In this document: piece by piece, positions 9,006 to 20,335 of the stretch | How the letters are laid out: each line of letters starts with the position of its first letter | Position numbering within the stretch: the stretch's first letter is position 1 | Assembly: GCA_964605525.1 (NCBI GenBank) | Contig: CAZSCV010000005.1 | Span: 39,256-103,255 of the forward strand | Reading direction: 5' to 3' | Length of the DNA: 64,000 bases | Origin: an uncultured Bdellovibrionales bacterium | GTDB taxonomy: Bacteria; Patescibacteriota; Minisyncoccia; Moranbacterales; UBA9337 | Made by a program: the position numbers and the translations under genes | The notes under the pieces: model-generated | The model's input: the letters and a program-made list of their open reading frames with translations, nothing else | Told to the model about the DNA's origin: nothing | The model's database searches: none

Positions 9006-9738
9006 AAAAAGAATTTTTAATGCGCTAAAAACTGTCGGACTTTGGGGTATTATAAAACTTATTTTTGTAAACATAAAATTGTATTATCTTAGAATAAGGA
9101 AAACTCCATCCTATTCGCAACTGTTCGAGGATTATTTTCTGGATTCATTGATGAAACATAGTAGAAATGGATTCTATGTCGATATTGGCGCTAATGATCC
9201 CTTTAATTTGAATAATACGGCATTTTTTTATCAAAAAGGATGGCATGGTATTAATATTGAACCGGATATGCAAAAATTTAATTTATTAAAAGAAAAAAGA
9301 CCTGACGATATTAATATAAACATGGGCGTAGGCAAGAATGCCGGAATACTTAAGTTCTACAGATTTAAAGATAGCTCCTTATGTACATTTTCAGAGGATG
9401 AGGCGAAAAAAAGAGTGCAGCAGGGCGTTGAATTGATTGGTGAAACTGAAGTCTTCGTAGATACTCTCGCGAATATTTTGGCAAAGAATATTCCATCGGA
9501 GAAGAGAATAGACTTTATTTCAATTGATGTCGAAGGTCTTAATCGAGATGTTCTGTATTCAAATGATTGGAAAAAATATAGACCAAGATATGTTTGCATA
9601 GAAGTTGCTGAGTATTGCAAAGATGTTTTAACTAAAGATATGGAGATTGTTAAATTTTTAGAAAAGCAGAAATACAAAGAAGTATTTTTTAATGGAATTA
9701 ATTCTATTTTTAAAGATATAAAAAAAAATGAAAAATAA
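8983..9738 (+). CDS. FkbM family methyltransferase
   Basis: YVDIGANDP, GINIEP, IDFISIDVEG. Confidence 0.9.
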   Translation: MKRKKTFKKRIFNALKTVGLWGIIKLIFVNIKLYYLRIRKTPSYSQLFEDYFLDSLMKHSRNGFYVDIGANDPFNLNNTAFFYQKGWHGINIEPDMQKFNLLKEKRPDDININMGVGKNAGILKFYRFKDSSLCTFSEDEAKKRVQQGVELIGETEVFVDTLANILAKNIPSEKRIDFISIDVEGLNRDVLYSNDWKKYRPRYVCIEVAEYCKDVLTKDMEIVKFLEKQKYKEVFFNGINSIFKDIKKNEK

Positions 9739-10687
9739 GGACGAGATAGAGTTTAAGCAGGAATCCATTAATAATTGCCCTGTTTGCCTTTCGAGTGAGA
9801 TCAGGTTTCACTTAAGTAAGTTTGATGATAGATATGGACAAGCCGATATTTTTCATTTATATCGTTGTTTGGAGTGCGATGCAGTTTTTTTGAAAAATAG
9901 AATAAAAGAAGCTGAGCATCCTCCGTTGTACGAAAAATATTACATTTTTTTATCTAAAATTAATAAAAAGACTTCTACAAAGGAAGCATTTTTTTGGTTA
10001 CAAAAAATGATTATGAAGGTAGCAGGCGAGTTTTTTTTAATTGGGAAGATGAATTATGAAGCGAAAGTTCTTGAAATAGGTCCTGGCGATGTTTCTCAAT
10101 TATCAATGCATAGCATAAAAAAGAATAAGTTAAAATGGATTGGACTGGAGGTCAATGAAAAATGCGCGAAAAATATCAAAGGAAAGGGGTTAGATGTTTA
10201 TCGAGAGTCGTTCGGAGACTTTATTTCGAGAGGAATGAAATTTGATTCAATAATTTTGTCGATGTCAATAGAACATTTGCATGACCCAATCCTTTTTTTT
10301 GGTAATTGTAAAAAAGTTTTACATGAAGATGGTGTTATATTTTTAACTACCGCTAATCTGGATTCCAGATATCGAGAAAAATACAATAAAAGATGGATCA
10401 ATTGGCACGTCCCATATCACCAAGTGCTTTTTTCGAAAAAATCTATAAAAATGATTTGTGAAAATAATGGATTCTACATAAAAAAATATCACACATCTAC
10501 TCCAACTAGCTGGTTTTTATTGCAAAAGAAATTTAGTATACCTACGAGAGGAAAAATAAATACTGATTGTGCGATGAGTTTTTCATTTGTGGATTACTTG
10601 CTATTTTCAGTGTTCCTCAGATTTTATGAATTTTTTTCCAGGAATAGTGGGGATTGCATGTATTGTGAAATAAAATTAAGAAAGTAA
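9728..10687 (+). CDS. Class I SAM methyltransferase with N-terminal Zn-finger-like CxxC pairs
   Basis: CPVC...CLEC, VLEIGPG, SIEHLHDP, HVPYH. Confidence 0.8.
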   Translation: MKNKDEIEFKQESINNCPVCLSSEIRFHLSKFDDRYGQADIFHLYRCLECDAVFLKNRIKEAEHPPLYEKYYIFLSKINKKTSTKEAFFWLQKMIMKVAGEFFLIGKMNYEAKVLEIGPGDVSQLSMHSIKKNKLKWIGLEVNEKCAKNIKGKGLDVYRESFGDFISRGMKFDSIILSMSIEHLHDPILFFGNCKKVLHEDGVIFLTTANLDSRYREKYNKRWINWHVPYHQVLFSKKSIKMICENNGFYIKKYHTSTPTSWFLLQKKFSIPTRGKINTDCAMSFSFVDYLLFSVFLRFYEFFSRNSGDCMYCEIKLRK

Positions 10688-10698
10688 ATAAAAAAAGT

Positions 10699-12891
10699 AT
10701 GTTTTTTTTGGGTGTGATTTTATTTTTTATTATACCGTCAAATATAGCGTTGCTTTTTTTTGCACATTTTTGTTTAGCAAAGAACTATAGGATAATTTTT
10801 ATAACTTCATATGGAGTAGCTCCCTTCTTAAGTCCAGTGCTTTTCTATTACCTGATTTGGTTTTTTCCGGAAAGGTCAGATTTGTTTTATTTGTTATGGC
10901 TGTCAATTTTTTGGATTATAGCATTGGTGATATCGTTTATGAAATGGAGAAAGGTCGCTTTGTTGTACAGGATGATTTATAGAGATTTCATCAGATTCTT
11001 TGAAATTTTTATAAGAATGAAAATGATTTCCTATTTAGCGGTGTTAAGTATGTTTTTATTCTTATATTTTATTCAATCTTTTTATTATCCGATTTTAGGG
11101 AATGACAATGCCCTTTATATTGGGCAAAGTATTGCATTGCGGGAATATAAAAACTTAGAATGGGAGAAAAAAACATTTGTCATGGTTGATGGAAGCGAAT
11201 ATAGATACAACTCATCAATTAGACCAGGAATTCCATTTTTTGTTTCTATCTTTATAATGAGCGGAGTGGATTACAGGAAAATGTTTCAGTTTATTTCTAC
11301 ATATTATTACGTTCTTCTTTTTGGAATATTTATGCTTTTTGTATATAAAGTATCCATAGAACTAAAAAAAAATATCGGGCGGTCTTTTTTTTGGGCCAGT
11401 TCATTCTTTTTGTTTTCTTGGGTGCTTACCAGAGCATTTATTTTTAATGCAAAGGAGATTGTAGTTTATTTTTTTGCACTTCTTTCTTTGTATTTAATTT
11501 ATGTTTTAATTAAGATGAAAGAGCGAAATATTTTTTTTGAATTATTAACAGGAATAGCAATAGGCGTGGGTGTTTTTGTTAATTTACACGGAGTGATAAT
11601 TGGCGGTATTGTTATTATGTTGTTATTTGTATTATCAAAGCTTAATATTAAGGAAAGAATTAAACAATGTGTTTCTATATTTTTATACCATTTTATTTTT
11701 AGTGCTTTTGATTTTGCGAGAATTTTTCGTTTTATATTTATTATTACCATAAAAGGTTTAATCGCAAAGGGTAGTATTTTTTTGAATAAAATATTTAGCG
11801 CTTTTGATTTTAAAAATAGATCTAATATTTTTTCTGATAATACAAACAATATTCCTAGAAATGAAATTAAAGAGGCTGATCATGCAGTACGGGCAGTGAT
11901 AGTGAATAATTCAGGAGGAAATATTAATTCCGGGATTTTGAGGGGTACCACCGGAAAGCACCTTGCGCTTTACGGAATGAAAAATTTATTTGATATATAT
12001 ATAAAGGGAAAATTTCAAATTTTTACAAATATAGGGGTTTTCGGTTTCTACTTTTGGGTTTTTTTGACTATATTAATGCTTAAGATAAGGGAGTTATTAA
12101 GGAGTGACATTACTAAAATTCTTGTATTTTTTATTTTAATTTATTTTTTATTTATACTGGATGTTTTTAACATAAACACTCACCCTGCCGCCATTGTATT
12201 ATGGGGGAGCACGAAATATGCGGCTTTATTGCTCCTTATAAGTATGATTGTGTCAAGCGTGTATATCGAACAATTTTTTGAATTTTTTATTGGTTTTATT
12301 AAAAAAAATGTTAGGAAAGTTATAATTTTTTCTTTCCTGGTCGTTTCTTTAATTATAAGTCTAAATAAATTATTTATATCGCTAGGAGTCAGCTTATTGT
12401 CATTGACAATTTCTTTTTCGAAAGACGAGTATTTTTATAGAGAAAAAGTAGAATATTTTTATTATATTTTAGTATTTTTTATAATTATTTTTTTAGTGGC
12501 TATTTTTTTATCAAAATACAGGGAAAAATTATCTTATAATATTCTCGTGTCTTCTTCATTGATGTTTTTTGTCTTAATGCCGTTTTTTATTACTACGGTA
12601 GGAAAAGTTGATTTATTAAAAACTTTTCATTATTTGAATAGTAGTTTGCAAAATAAGCTGGAGAAGAGTTATTTGAAAGATATATATGATGTGTATTTTT
12701 TTGCAAAAGATAACCTGAAAAAAAATTCCATCATTAGAACTGGATTTTATGACATATATACTTACAATGATTATTTTTCACTGAGAATGAAAAGCGATAA
12801 TGAAGTTCAATATGAGATAAGTGCTGAATGTGGTATAAGTAGTGCTCATATTATATATAACTCGAAAGAGGTTTATTTATGCGAGAAATAA
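10699..12891 (+). CDS. Large polytopic membrane protein (probable GT-C-type or polymerase)
   Basis: 730 aa with many TM segments; YPILGNDNALY acidic loop; glycan-locus context. Confidence 0.6.
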   Translation: MFFLGVILFFIIPSNIALLFFAHFCLAKNYRIIFITSYGVAPFLSPVLFYYLIWFFPERSDLFYLLWLSIFWIIALVISFMKWRKVALLYRMIYRDFIRFFEIFIRMKMISYLAVLSMFLFLYFIQSFYYPILGNDNALYIGQSIALREYKNLEWEKKTFVMVDGSEYRYNSSIRPGIPFFVSIFIMSGVDYRKMFQFISTYYYVLLFGIFMLFVYKVSIELKKNIGRSFFWASSFFLFSWVLTRAFIFNAKEIVVYFFALLSLYLIYVLIKMKERNIFFELLTGIAIGVGVFVNLHGVIIGGIVIMLLFVLSKLNIKERIKQCVSIFLYHFIFSAFDFARIFRFIFIITIKGLIAKGSIFLNKIFSAFDFKNRSNIFSDNTNNIPRNEIKEADHAVRAVIVNNSGGNINSGILRGTTGKHLALYGMKNLFDIYIKGKFQIFTNIGVFGFYFWVFLTILMLKIRELLRSDITKILVFFILIYFLFILDVFNINTHPAAIVLWGSTKYAALLLLISMIVSSVYIEQFFEFFIGFIKKNVRKVIIFSFLVVSLIISLNKLFISLGVSLLSLTISFSKDEYFYREKVEYFYYILVFFIIIFLVAIFLSKYREKLSYNILVSSSLMFFVLMPFFITTVGKVDLLKTFHYLNSSLQNKLEKSYLKDIYDVYFFAKDNLKKNSIIRTGFYDIYTYNDYFSLRMKSDNEVQYEISAECGISSAHIIYNSKEVYLCEK

Positions 12892-12899
12892 TTTAATTT

Positions 12900-13649
12900 T
12901 TAAGACCGAAATTTGTTTAGCTTGTCTATAATATTTAACAGAAAGATTAGGACGGAACTTTTTAAATATTGCTTGTGAATAAGATTATGCTCGTTGTTAG
13001 ATTTTCCTTTCGTGCTCTGTGAATCAGGATGAATAAAGAAATTACATATAGTTTTATTAAAAAATACCGGAAATACGTTGTTTTTTAAGAGCCGTAACCA
13101 CATCTCATAGTCCATTGAGTTCTTGTATTTTTCATTGAAGTATCCATATTTTTTGAATATTTTTTTCTGAATGAAAACGGATTGATGAGGAATATAATTA
13201 GTTGCTAGCAAAAGCCAGAACTTAGCTTTATGATAAATTTTTCTATGCGGGATTATTCTACTAGCTCCTCTTATCTCATTGATAAATAATGCTTTTCCAT
13301 ATATCCAATAAGGATTTTTGTTTATTAATATAAAGGCGTTGATTTCCTTTAATGTATCCGGACTAAATAAACTATCATCGGAATGCAAGTGAATAATATA
13401 TTTTCCCGACGATTTATTTATTCCAATATTCATAGCATTTCCGATTCCTCGCGGCTTGAATTGAAATAGTTTAACTTTTTCTGGAAATTCTTTTTGATAA
13501 CTTTTTATGATAGAGGTGGTTTTGTCTGATGAAAATCCATCAATGAATATGTGTTCAAAATTTTTGAATGATTGATTTTTTATGGAATCTATGTTTCTCC
13601 GGATATACTTTTCGCTGTTGTATGTGCAAGTAATTATCGAAAATTTCAT
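12900..13649 (-). CDS. Glycosyltransferase family 2
   Basis: FSIITCTYN, IDGFSSD, LHSDD, SMDYEMWLR. Confidence 0.92.
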   Translation of the reverse strand: MKFSIITCTYNSEKYIRRNIDSIKNQSFKNFEHIFIDGFSSDKTTSIIKSYQKEFPEKVKLFQFKPRGIGNAMNIGINKSSGKYIIHLHSDDSLFSPDTLKEINAFILINKNPYWIYGKALFINEIRGASRIIPHRKIYHKAKFWLLLATNYIPHQSVFIQKKIFKKYGYFNEKYKNSMDYEMWLRLLKNNVFPVFFNKTICNFFIHPDSQSTKGKSNNEHNLIHKQYLKSSVLIFLLNIIDKLNKFRS

Positions 13650-14770
13650 AATAAAGTGGATTTAATTATATTAGCTGCAGTTTTTGTTTTTTGGATAATT
13701 CCCCACGAATCATTTTTTAAGTGCAAATTATTTTCAAAAACATTTTTTATTGCCTTGGTGATTTCTTTTGAATTAGCAGATTTGATTATGTATCCATTTT
13801 TTCCATCTTCAATAAGATCGGCGCTCGCTCCAGCTTCTTTCGTTGCTATAACGGGTAGATCACAAGCCATAGCTTCATTTATTACCAAGCCCCAAACTTC
13901 CTCGTAAGATGGAAGTATCAGTAAATTGGAAATGGAATAATATTTGTAAAGATCGTCATATTGGATGAAATCAGTAAAAATTATATCTTTTAAATGCATT
14001 TTTTTTATAATTCGTTTCATCTTTTCTTTCTCTCTCCCTCTTCCTATGATTAACAAGGAAACGTCAGGGTCATAAGTATGATAGTCTTTAAAGCCCTCAA
14101 GGAGGTTATAAATTCCTTTTCTTTCAATTAGCTGTCCGTTAAATAATATTATTTTTGAAGTTTTTATTCCTAGTTTATTTGTTATCAATTTTTTTTCTGT
14201 TCGAGTAAGGTTTTTTGTCTTTTCTTTAAAGTAGTCTATGTCAATAGAATTGAAGATTATTTCAATGTTCTTAGGGTTAACTCCGAGCGAAATGATGTAA
14301 TCACGCGCTCTTGTTCCGTAGACTACAAATTTATCCGTATTTTTAAATAAATATTTCACAAGAGGAGAAAATATTGTTCTTCTCCAACTCGGTTCATATT
14401 TAGTACTTCCTGACCAAAGAATGAATTCTTTTTTGTTCTTGCGTGCCCACCAGTTTGCTGCGTAAGCAGCAAAATGATCCCAGCCGAAACATATTATTTT
14501 ATCTGGATTATTATGACTAAGCGCACTCAGTATGTTTGGGTTTATAAAGAAAGTAAAGAGATCTTTTTTTCCAATTCTGATGGCAAAATTTTTTAGAATT
14601 TCATAATCAAATCTGATGTTAAAATCTTTCCAATATCTATTTTTGTCACTTTTGCTCAGGAAAAAAACTTTAAGTGTGCTTTCGTTATTGTGATAATGTT
14701 TATTTAACTCATTGAATAAATGAATTCTTGCTGGGCTTATTATGTTATGTAATACGAGTATTTTCTTCAT
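13646..14770 (-). CDS. Glycosyltransferase family 4
   Basis: GQLIERKG, EVWGLVINEAMA. Confidence 0.92.
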   Translation of the reverse strand: MKKILVLHNIISPARIHLFNELNKHYHNNESTLKVFFLSKSDKNRYWKDFNIRFDYEILKNFAIRIGKKDLFTFFINPNILSALSHNNPDKIICFGWDHFAAYAANWWARKNKKEFILWSGSTKYEPSWRRTIFSPLVKYLFKNTDKFVVYGTRARDYIISLGVNPKNIEIIFNSIDIDYFKEKTKNLTRTEKKLITNKLGIKTSKIILFNGQLIERKGIYNLLEGFKDYHTYDPDVSLLIIGRGREKEKMKRIIKKMHLKDIIFTDFIQYDDLYKYYSISNLLILPSYEEVWGLVINEAMACDLPVIATKEAGASADLIEDGKNGYIIKSANSKEITKAIKNVFENNLHLKNDSWGIIQKTKTAANIIKSTLL

Positions 14771-14806
14771 TTTTTTGATGTAATTATGAAAAATGTTTAG
14801 AAGCGG

Positions 14807-15970
14807 TTATTTGTAGATATTTTCTAGCTTGGAACAAACTTTGTCTATGGAAAATTTAATCGCAATCATATTTTTTGAATTTATGGATAGTTTTTTCTTT
14901 AAATCGGAATCATTTAGGATAGTTAATATTTTATCTGAAAATTCAGTTTTATTTTTTAGTTCCAATTCAAAGCCTGCTTTATGTGTTTCAATTTCTGGAA
15001 CATTGCAGTTTTTTGAGATGATCTGGGGGATGCCAATGGCGGCGACCTCCAAAACTGTCATAGGTAGACCTTCGTTTCTGGATGTGAAAATAAAAATATC
15101 ACACGATTTTATCGTTTCGAGTTTTTCTTTTCCGGTTAGTATTCCAGTAAAAACAACGTTGTTTTGCAAATCTAGTTCAATTGCCATTTTTTTTAATTTT
15201 TCTTTTTCTCCTTCATCGGGACCGATAATAAGATAGGTGAATTTTGTTTTGTATTTTAGGGAAGATAGAATTTCTATTGATATATCCACTCCTTTGATAT
15301 ATTGCAATCTTCCGATATATGCGATGATTTTATTTTCTTTCGGAAAATTGTATTTTTTACTTAGATTGATTTTTTTGATGTTTTCAAATTCTTCAAGGTG
15401 GAGACCATTGGGAATGATAATAGTTTTATTCTCAAATTTTTTGTTTATTGAAATTATTTCACTTTTTTCATTTTCCGTCAGGGCAATAATGTTCTTTGAG
15501 TTTTTTAGTATGGTTGTAAAAATATCTAAAAAAATCTTTTTTATGAATTTAAATTTGGCCTCTTGTCGAACCAAGGAAAGAGTGCCGTGAGGTTGAATAA
15601 TGAAGGGAATATTATGTTTTTTGCAAAAATGGGCAGTAATGATGTTTTGTAAAGTAAAAAAATCATGGCAATGAACTACATCAAAATTTCGTATATTATT
15701 TTTAGCCCAAAAATAAAATCCAATTGGTAAGTACCCGTTGCAATTTTTGGCTAGCCAATTACTGATGTTTCTGAAGCGGATAATTTTTATTCCGTTAACA
15801 TCTTCTTGAAGTTTTAAGATTCTATTTTTTTTATCAAGTGTGTCTGTTGTGACCACGGTAACTTTGTTTTTGCGGGCGGTTAATTCTTTGGAAATATCGA
15901 AACAAACTTTAACTGGTCCGCCGAAGCCGTAGGCTGGAATAAAATATGGAATAACTTGAAGTATTTTCAT
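14807..15970 (-). CDS. Glycosyltransferase family 4
   Basis: YGFGGP, GRLQYIKG, EGLPMTVLE. Confidence 0.92.
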   Translation of the reverse strand: MKILQVIPYFIPAYGFGGPVKVCFDISKELTARKNKVTVVTTDTLDKKNRILKLQEDVNGIKIIRFRNISNWLAKNCNGYLPIGFYFWAKNNIRNFDVVHCHDFFTLQNIITAHFCKKHNIPFIIQPHGTLSLVRQEAKFKFIKKIFLDIFTTILKNSKNIIALTENEKSEIISINKKFENKTIIIPNGLHLEEFENIKKINLSKKYNFPKENKIIAYIGRLQYIKGVDISIEILSSLKYKTKFTYLIIGPDEGEKEKLKKMAIELDLQNNVVFTGILTGKEKLETIKSCDIFIFTSRNEGLPMTVLEVAAIGIPQIISKNCNVPEIETHKAGFELELKNKTEFSDKILTILNDSDLKKKLSINSKNMIAIKFSIDKVCSKLENIYK

Positions 15971-17466
15971 TTGGTTTTTATAAACGAGTATTCTTCTTTG
16001 GAAGATGAAATGGCAAAAATTTTATAGTTTGCTTTGTTGAGTTTTTGTATCGCATCTCTTGTTTTTTGGGCAGATATAGAAGAAAAGCGATGATGAAATT
16101 CAATTAATATCTGCTTGATATCAAAGTTATTTTCAATTATGTCATCAATAATTTCATATTCAGAGCCCTCGATATCCATTTTTAGAATGTCAATTTTATT
16201 GTGACCCAATTCTTTCATTATTGTTGTCAGATTTTTTACCTTAACTATTATTGGACTGTTTGCATGGTCTTTGCGTACAATACTGTGTGAAATGTGATTT
16301 GGGTTTTTCGGGGGAAACAGCTCGACAAATCCATTTTGTGCGGATAATCCATAATCAAAATATTGAAAATTATTCGGAAGATGTTGTTTCTTCAACCAAC
16401 TTATTGATTTTGGAGTAGGGTCAAAGGCAAAAACCTTACATCCATATTTTGAAATAATGTCTAAATCAAATGAAATATCCTCTCCTATTCCAAACGAATA
16501 AATAATGCTTTCGCTGTGTATATTTTTAGGGGAAATAGTCCAACCTCCATATTTTTTCGATCCAATAAAATCACCGTGAATGTTTTTTTGAACGAAAAAA
16601 AACACTTCTTTACCTAAAGCAACTTTTGCTAGGTATCTGATTTTCCAAAGAAGTAGTTTTAATTTTTCCACAAAGAAATATTTATTTTTTTTTATCTTAC
16701 TTAAGGCTTCATAGATCGTAGTTATCTTGTAATAATTGAATTTATGCAAGAATAATGATGCTGGATATTTCCCCCCGTATTTTTTAGCTAGCCTCAGTTC
16801 ATCTTGAAATTGTTTTTTGTTGACACTGCCACTTTTGCTGTTTGGATAATATCTGAAATTCGCCAGATAATTATCAATAACTCCGGCTGGATATTTTTGA
16901 CCGATTCTAAGCCAAAATTCATAATCCATACACAGATGCTCATTTTCATCAAAAAAACCCCTCTTGGCGTGAATTTCGCGTTTCCAGAACGTTGCGGGTT
17001 GGGAGATGAAATTTTCTGTCAGGAGTTTTGCATAACTGTATTTTCTAAGAAGAAAGTTTTTGTACCATGTTATGGGCTTCCTTATTTCTTCATCATTCTT
17101 GTTGATAATTTTGCATTTGCCATAGACCCAAAATTTTTCCGGATTTTTCTTGAAAAAATCGGCGACTTTTCGGAGCGCGCTTGGCTTGTAGGTATCATCG
17201 GAATTGAGATAGGCGACAATGTCTCCGGTAGCCATTTTGAGTCCCTTGTTGATGGCATCAGATTGTCCATTGTCTTTTTCGGATTTCCAAATGATGTGGT
17301 CGGAATATTTTTTCAAAATTTCAATTGTTCCATCGGTTGATCCTCCGTCCATAATGATATATTCAAGATTCGGATAATCTTGCTTGAGCACGCTCAAAAT
17401 AGTCCGTTCAATAAATTCGGCTTGATTGTATGATGGGGTAATAATTGAAATTTTAGGATTGTTCAT
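15967..17466 (-). CDS. GT2 glycosyltransferase fused to a C-terminal FkbM methyltransferase
   Basis: N: [23 protein letters not shown]; C: [28 protein letters not shown]. Confidence 0.88.
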   Translation of the reverse strand: MNNPKISIITPSYNQAEFIERTILSVLKQDYPNLEYIIMDGGSTDGTIEILKKYSDHIIWKSEKDNGQSDAINKGLKMATGDIVAYLNSDDTYKPSALRKVADFFKKNPEKFWVYGKCKIINKNDEEIRKPITWYKNFLLRKYSYAKLLTENFISQPATFWKREIHAKRGFFDENEHLCMDYEFWLRIGQKYPAGVIDNYLANFRYYPNSKSGSVNKKQFQDELRLAKKYGGKYPASLFLHKFNYYKITTIYEALSKIKKNKYFFVEKLKLLLWKIRYLAKVALGKEVFFFVQKNIHGDFIGSKKYGGWTISPKNIHSESIIYSFGIGEDISFDLDIISKYGCKVFAFDPTPKSISWLKKQHLPNNFQYFDYGLSAQNGFVELFPPKNPNHISHSIVRKDHANSPIIVKVKNLTTIMKELGHNKIDILKMDIEGSEYEIIDDIIENNFDIKQILIEFHHRFSSISAQKTRDAIQKLNKANYKIFAISSSKEEYSFIKTK

Positions 17467-18388
17467 AATTTTTCAGAAACCATTGGTAGGTATCTTTGAT
17501 TCCTTGATTGAGTTCAATTTTGTGCTTCCAATTGAGACTGTGCAATTTGGAAACATCCAGAAGTTTTCTTGGCGTGCCATCCGGTTTCGATGTGTCATTT
17601 TTTATTTCTCCTTCAAATCCGACTATTCGCTTGACTATTTCGGCTAATTCTCGAATGGAAATATCCTCCCCGGTTCCAATGTTTACGATTTCATTTTCGT
17701 TGTAATTTTCCATTAAAAAAACGCAAGCGTCAGCCAAATCATCAACGTGCAAAAATTCTCTTTTCGGGGAGCCCGTTCCCCAAATCAATACTTCTTTTTG
17801 ATTATTGATTTTCGCTTCGTGAAATTTTCGGAGTAGGGCAGGGAGAACATGAGATGAATTCAAATCAAAATTATCATTCGGTCCGTACAGGTTTGTTGGC
17901 ATTACGGAAATATATTTTGTGCCATATTGTTTGTTATATGACTGGCACATTTTAATTCCGGAGATTTTGGCAACAGCGTAGGCTTCATTTGTTCTTTCCA
18001 GCGGTCCGGTCAAAAGATATTCTTCTTTGATTGGTTGGGGACATTCGCGCGGATAAATGCAAGAGCTTCCGAGAAAAAGAAGTTTTTTGACTTTGTTTAG
18101 ATATGCATTGTGAATAATATTGTTTTGTATTTGCAGATTTTGAAAAATGAAATCGGCGGGATAGGTATCGTTTTCCAATATTCCGCCAACTCTCGCAGCT
18201 GCCAGAAAAACATATTCCGGTTTTTCTGTTTCAAAGAATTTTTTTACTTCCTGCCAGTCGAGCAGATCTAATTCTTTGTGTGTTTTCAAAACGAGATTGT
18301 TAAATCCGTTTGATTTGAGATTGCGAATAATCGCTGAACCGACAAGTCCATTATGCCCCGCGATATATATTTTAGAATTCTTTTCCAT
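17453..18388 (-). CDS. fcl: GDP-L-fucose synthase
   Basis: [39 protein letters not shown]. Confidence 0.95.
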   Translation of the reverse strand: MEKNSKIYIAGHNGLVGSAIIRNLKSNGFNNLVLKTHKELDLLDWQEVKKFFETEKPEYVFLAAARVGGILENDTYPADFIFQNLQIQNNIIHNAYLNKVKKLLFLGSSCIYPRECPQPIKEEYLLTGPLERTNEAYAVAKISGIKMCQSYNKQYGTKYISVMPTNLYGPNDNFDLNSSHVLPALLRKFHEAKINNQKEVLIWGTGSPKREFLHVDDLADACVFLMENYNENEIVNIGTGEDISIRELAEIVKRIVGFEGEIKNDTSKPDGTPRKLLDVSKLHSLNWKHKIELNQGIKDTYQWFLKNYEQS

Positions 18389-18398
18389 ATGCTTTGTC

Positions 18399-19436
18399 TT
18401 ATGATTCTTTTTTCATATCCGCTTTCATCATTATTTTTACCAACTCTTTGAATTTGGTTTTCGGCTTCCAATTCAATTTCTTTGCCGCCTTTGTCGGATC
18501 TCCCAGAAGTAGATCGACTTCGGTAGGGCGGTAATATCTTGGATCGATTCTGATCATTATTTTTTTTGTATTTTCATCAATTCCAACTTCTTTTTCTTTT
18601 TTTCCTTTCCATTTCAATTTTATTTTGGCGACTTTGCAAGCCTCTTCAATAAATTCTCGCACGCTGTGAGTTTCGCCGGTTGCCAAAACAAAATCATCCG
18701 GAGTTTTTTGTTGGAGCATCAGCCACATCCCTTCCACATAATCTTTTGCATAGCCCCAGTCTCGCTTGGAGTCGATATTTCCCAAATAGAGGCAGTCATC
18801 TTTTCCGGCTAAAATTCTGGCAAGTCCGCGAGTGATTTTTCTAGTCACAAAAGTTTCTCCGCGACGCGGTGATTCGTGATTGAAAAGAATTCCATTGCAC
18901 GCATATAGATCATAACTTTCTCGATAATTTACGGTTATCCAATAAGAATATAGTTTGGCGACTCCATAGGGTGAGCGGGGATAAAATGGAGTAGTTTCTT
19001 TTTGCGGGGTTTCTTGAACAAGTCCGAAAAGTTCACTGGTAGATGCTTGATAGAATTTGGTTTTTATTCCGGATTCTTTGATTGCATCTAAAATTCTCAA
19101 CGTTCCAATACCGGTGACATCGGCGGTATATTTTGGCACATCAAAGCTGACTTTGACATGGCTTTGAGCGGCAAGGTTGTATATCTCATCCGGCTTTATT
19201 TTTTCAATTATGCGGCTAATATTGCTTCCGTCCGACAAATCTCCATAGTGCAAAAACAAACGCACATTGTTCAGGTGCGGATCTTTGTACAAATGATTTA
19301 TTCTTCCTGTGTTGAATGAGCTTGATCGGCGAATTATTCCGTGAACTTCATATCCTTTTTCTAATAATAATTCGGCTAGGTATGATCCGTCTTGTCCCGT
19401 TATTCCCGTTATTAATGCTTTTTTCTTTTTTTTCAT
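18399..19436 (-). CDS. gmd: GDP-mannose 4,6-dehydratase
   Basis: [44 protein letters not shown]. Confidence 0.97.
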   Translation of the reverse strand: MKKKKKALITGITGQDGSYLAELLLEKGYEVHGIIRRSSSFNTGRINHLYKDPHLNNVRLFLHYGDLSDGSNISRIIEKIKPDEIYNLAAQSHVKVSFDVPKYTADVTGIGTLRILDAIKESGIKTKFYQASTSELFGLVQETPQKETTPFYPRSPYGVAKLYSYWITVNYRESYDLYACNGILFNHESPRRGETFVTRKITRGLARILAGKDDCLYLGNIDSKRDWGYAKDYVEGMWLMLQQKTPDDFVLATGETHSVREFIEEACKVAKIKLKWKGKKEKEVGIDENTKKIMIRIDPRYYRPTEVDLLLGDPTKAAKKLNWKPKTKFKELVKIMMKADMKKES

Positions 19437-19469
19437 TATCGCGCAGCGTATTAGATTTTTTACGATTGT

Positions 19470-19817
19470 TTATTGTTTGATCTCAGATTCATTGATAGCT
19501 TTTTTTCTTACGATTTCAGTCATCTGTTGTTCCAGTCTTTCGATAGCGGAGAGCAGTTTGAATATCATTAGGAATATTAAAAGAAATCCGGCAAGTATTA
19601 CGGCGTTTATATTTCCTTCAAGTCCAATTATGCGAGCCATTATATTAGTAAAAGAAGGAAAGAGCGCAATCAGAATCATTCCACCCCAGACAAAAAAACG
19701 AATGGATAGCTTATAAAAATTCTGACCCGTTTTACCTTTGACAAAATTTACAATTCCGGAATAAATCATTGATGAAGAAACTATGATCACGATAATTTGA
19801 TATAGATGTAGAGACAT
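19470..19817 (-). CDS. DUF2304 family membrane protein
   Basis: 3 TM helices followed by IERLEQQMTEIVRKKA; usual partner of a DPM1-like GT2. Confidence 0.75.
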   Translation of the reverse strand: MSLHLYQIIVIIVSSSMIYSGIVNFVKGKTGQNFYKLSIRFFVWGGMILIALFPSFTNIMARIIGLEGNINAVILAGFLLIFLMIFKLLSAIERLEQQMTEIVRKKAINESEIKQ

Positions 19818-19900
19818 AATATTTGTAATTTATTTTTTCTAATGTTGATTGTAGCAATTTTTTTTAAATTGAACAACTATATGTCGTAACTTGTTAATTT

Positions 19901-19940
19901 AAAAAATAAGATACCCAGCTGTTTTAAGGCTGGGTTTTTT
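19901..19940. terminator. Intrinsic terminator hairpin
   Basis: ACCCAGC...GCTGGGT stem with flanking A/T tracts, downstream of 19976. Confidence 0.6.
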
Positions 19941-19975
19941 GTAAGTTACTTGTTTTTTGAATGGCAACTAGTGCA

Positions 19976-20335
19976 TTATTCCTTGGTTGCTCGAATAGCA
20001 ACCGGATATGCATTAGTTCCAGGTGTACATCCGGAAACATAAAAATATACCGTAAGTCCTTCTGCTTGTGCAACTTCCATGGCGATGGACATGCGGTCAC
20101 CATTAGTGCTCACTGTTCCATCCAGATTTATTAATTGAATGTCGATGTATGTTGCTGATCCGCAGCCGTCGGGATTGGTTAGGACTGATAATGGTTCCAC
20201 ACGAAAAATATCGTCACTTACGTAATAAGTTTGACCGATTAAAGTCGGTCCGATCCAGCCAGCACCGAAAGTCGTATTTGCTAAAAGTAAAAATGGCAAC
20301 ACAACAAGTAGAAACAGGGGGGTTGTTTTTTTCAT
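19976..20335 (-). CDS. Small secreted protein of unknown function
   Basis: Signal peptide, two Cys, SD AAGGAG; overlaps the upstream gene. Confidence 0.7.
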   Translation of the reverse strand: MKKTTPLFLLVVLPFLLLANTTFGAGWIGPTLIGQTYYVSDDIFRVEPLSVLTNPDGCGSATYIDIQLINLDGTVSTNGDRMSIAMEVAQAEGLTVYFYVSGCTPGTNAYPVAIRATKE

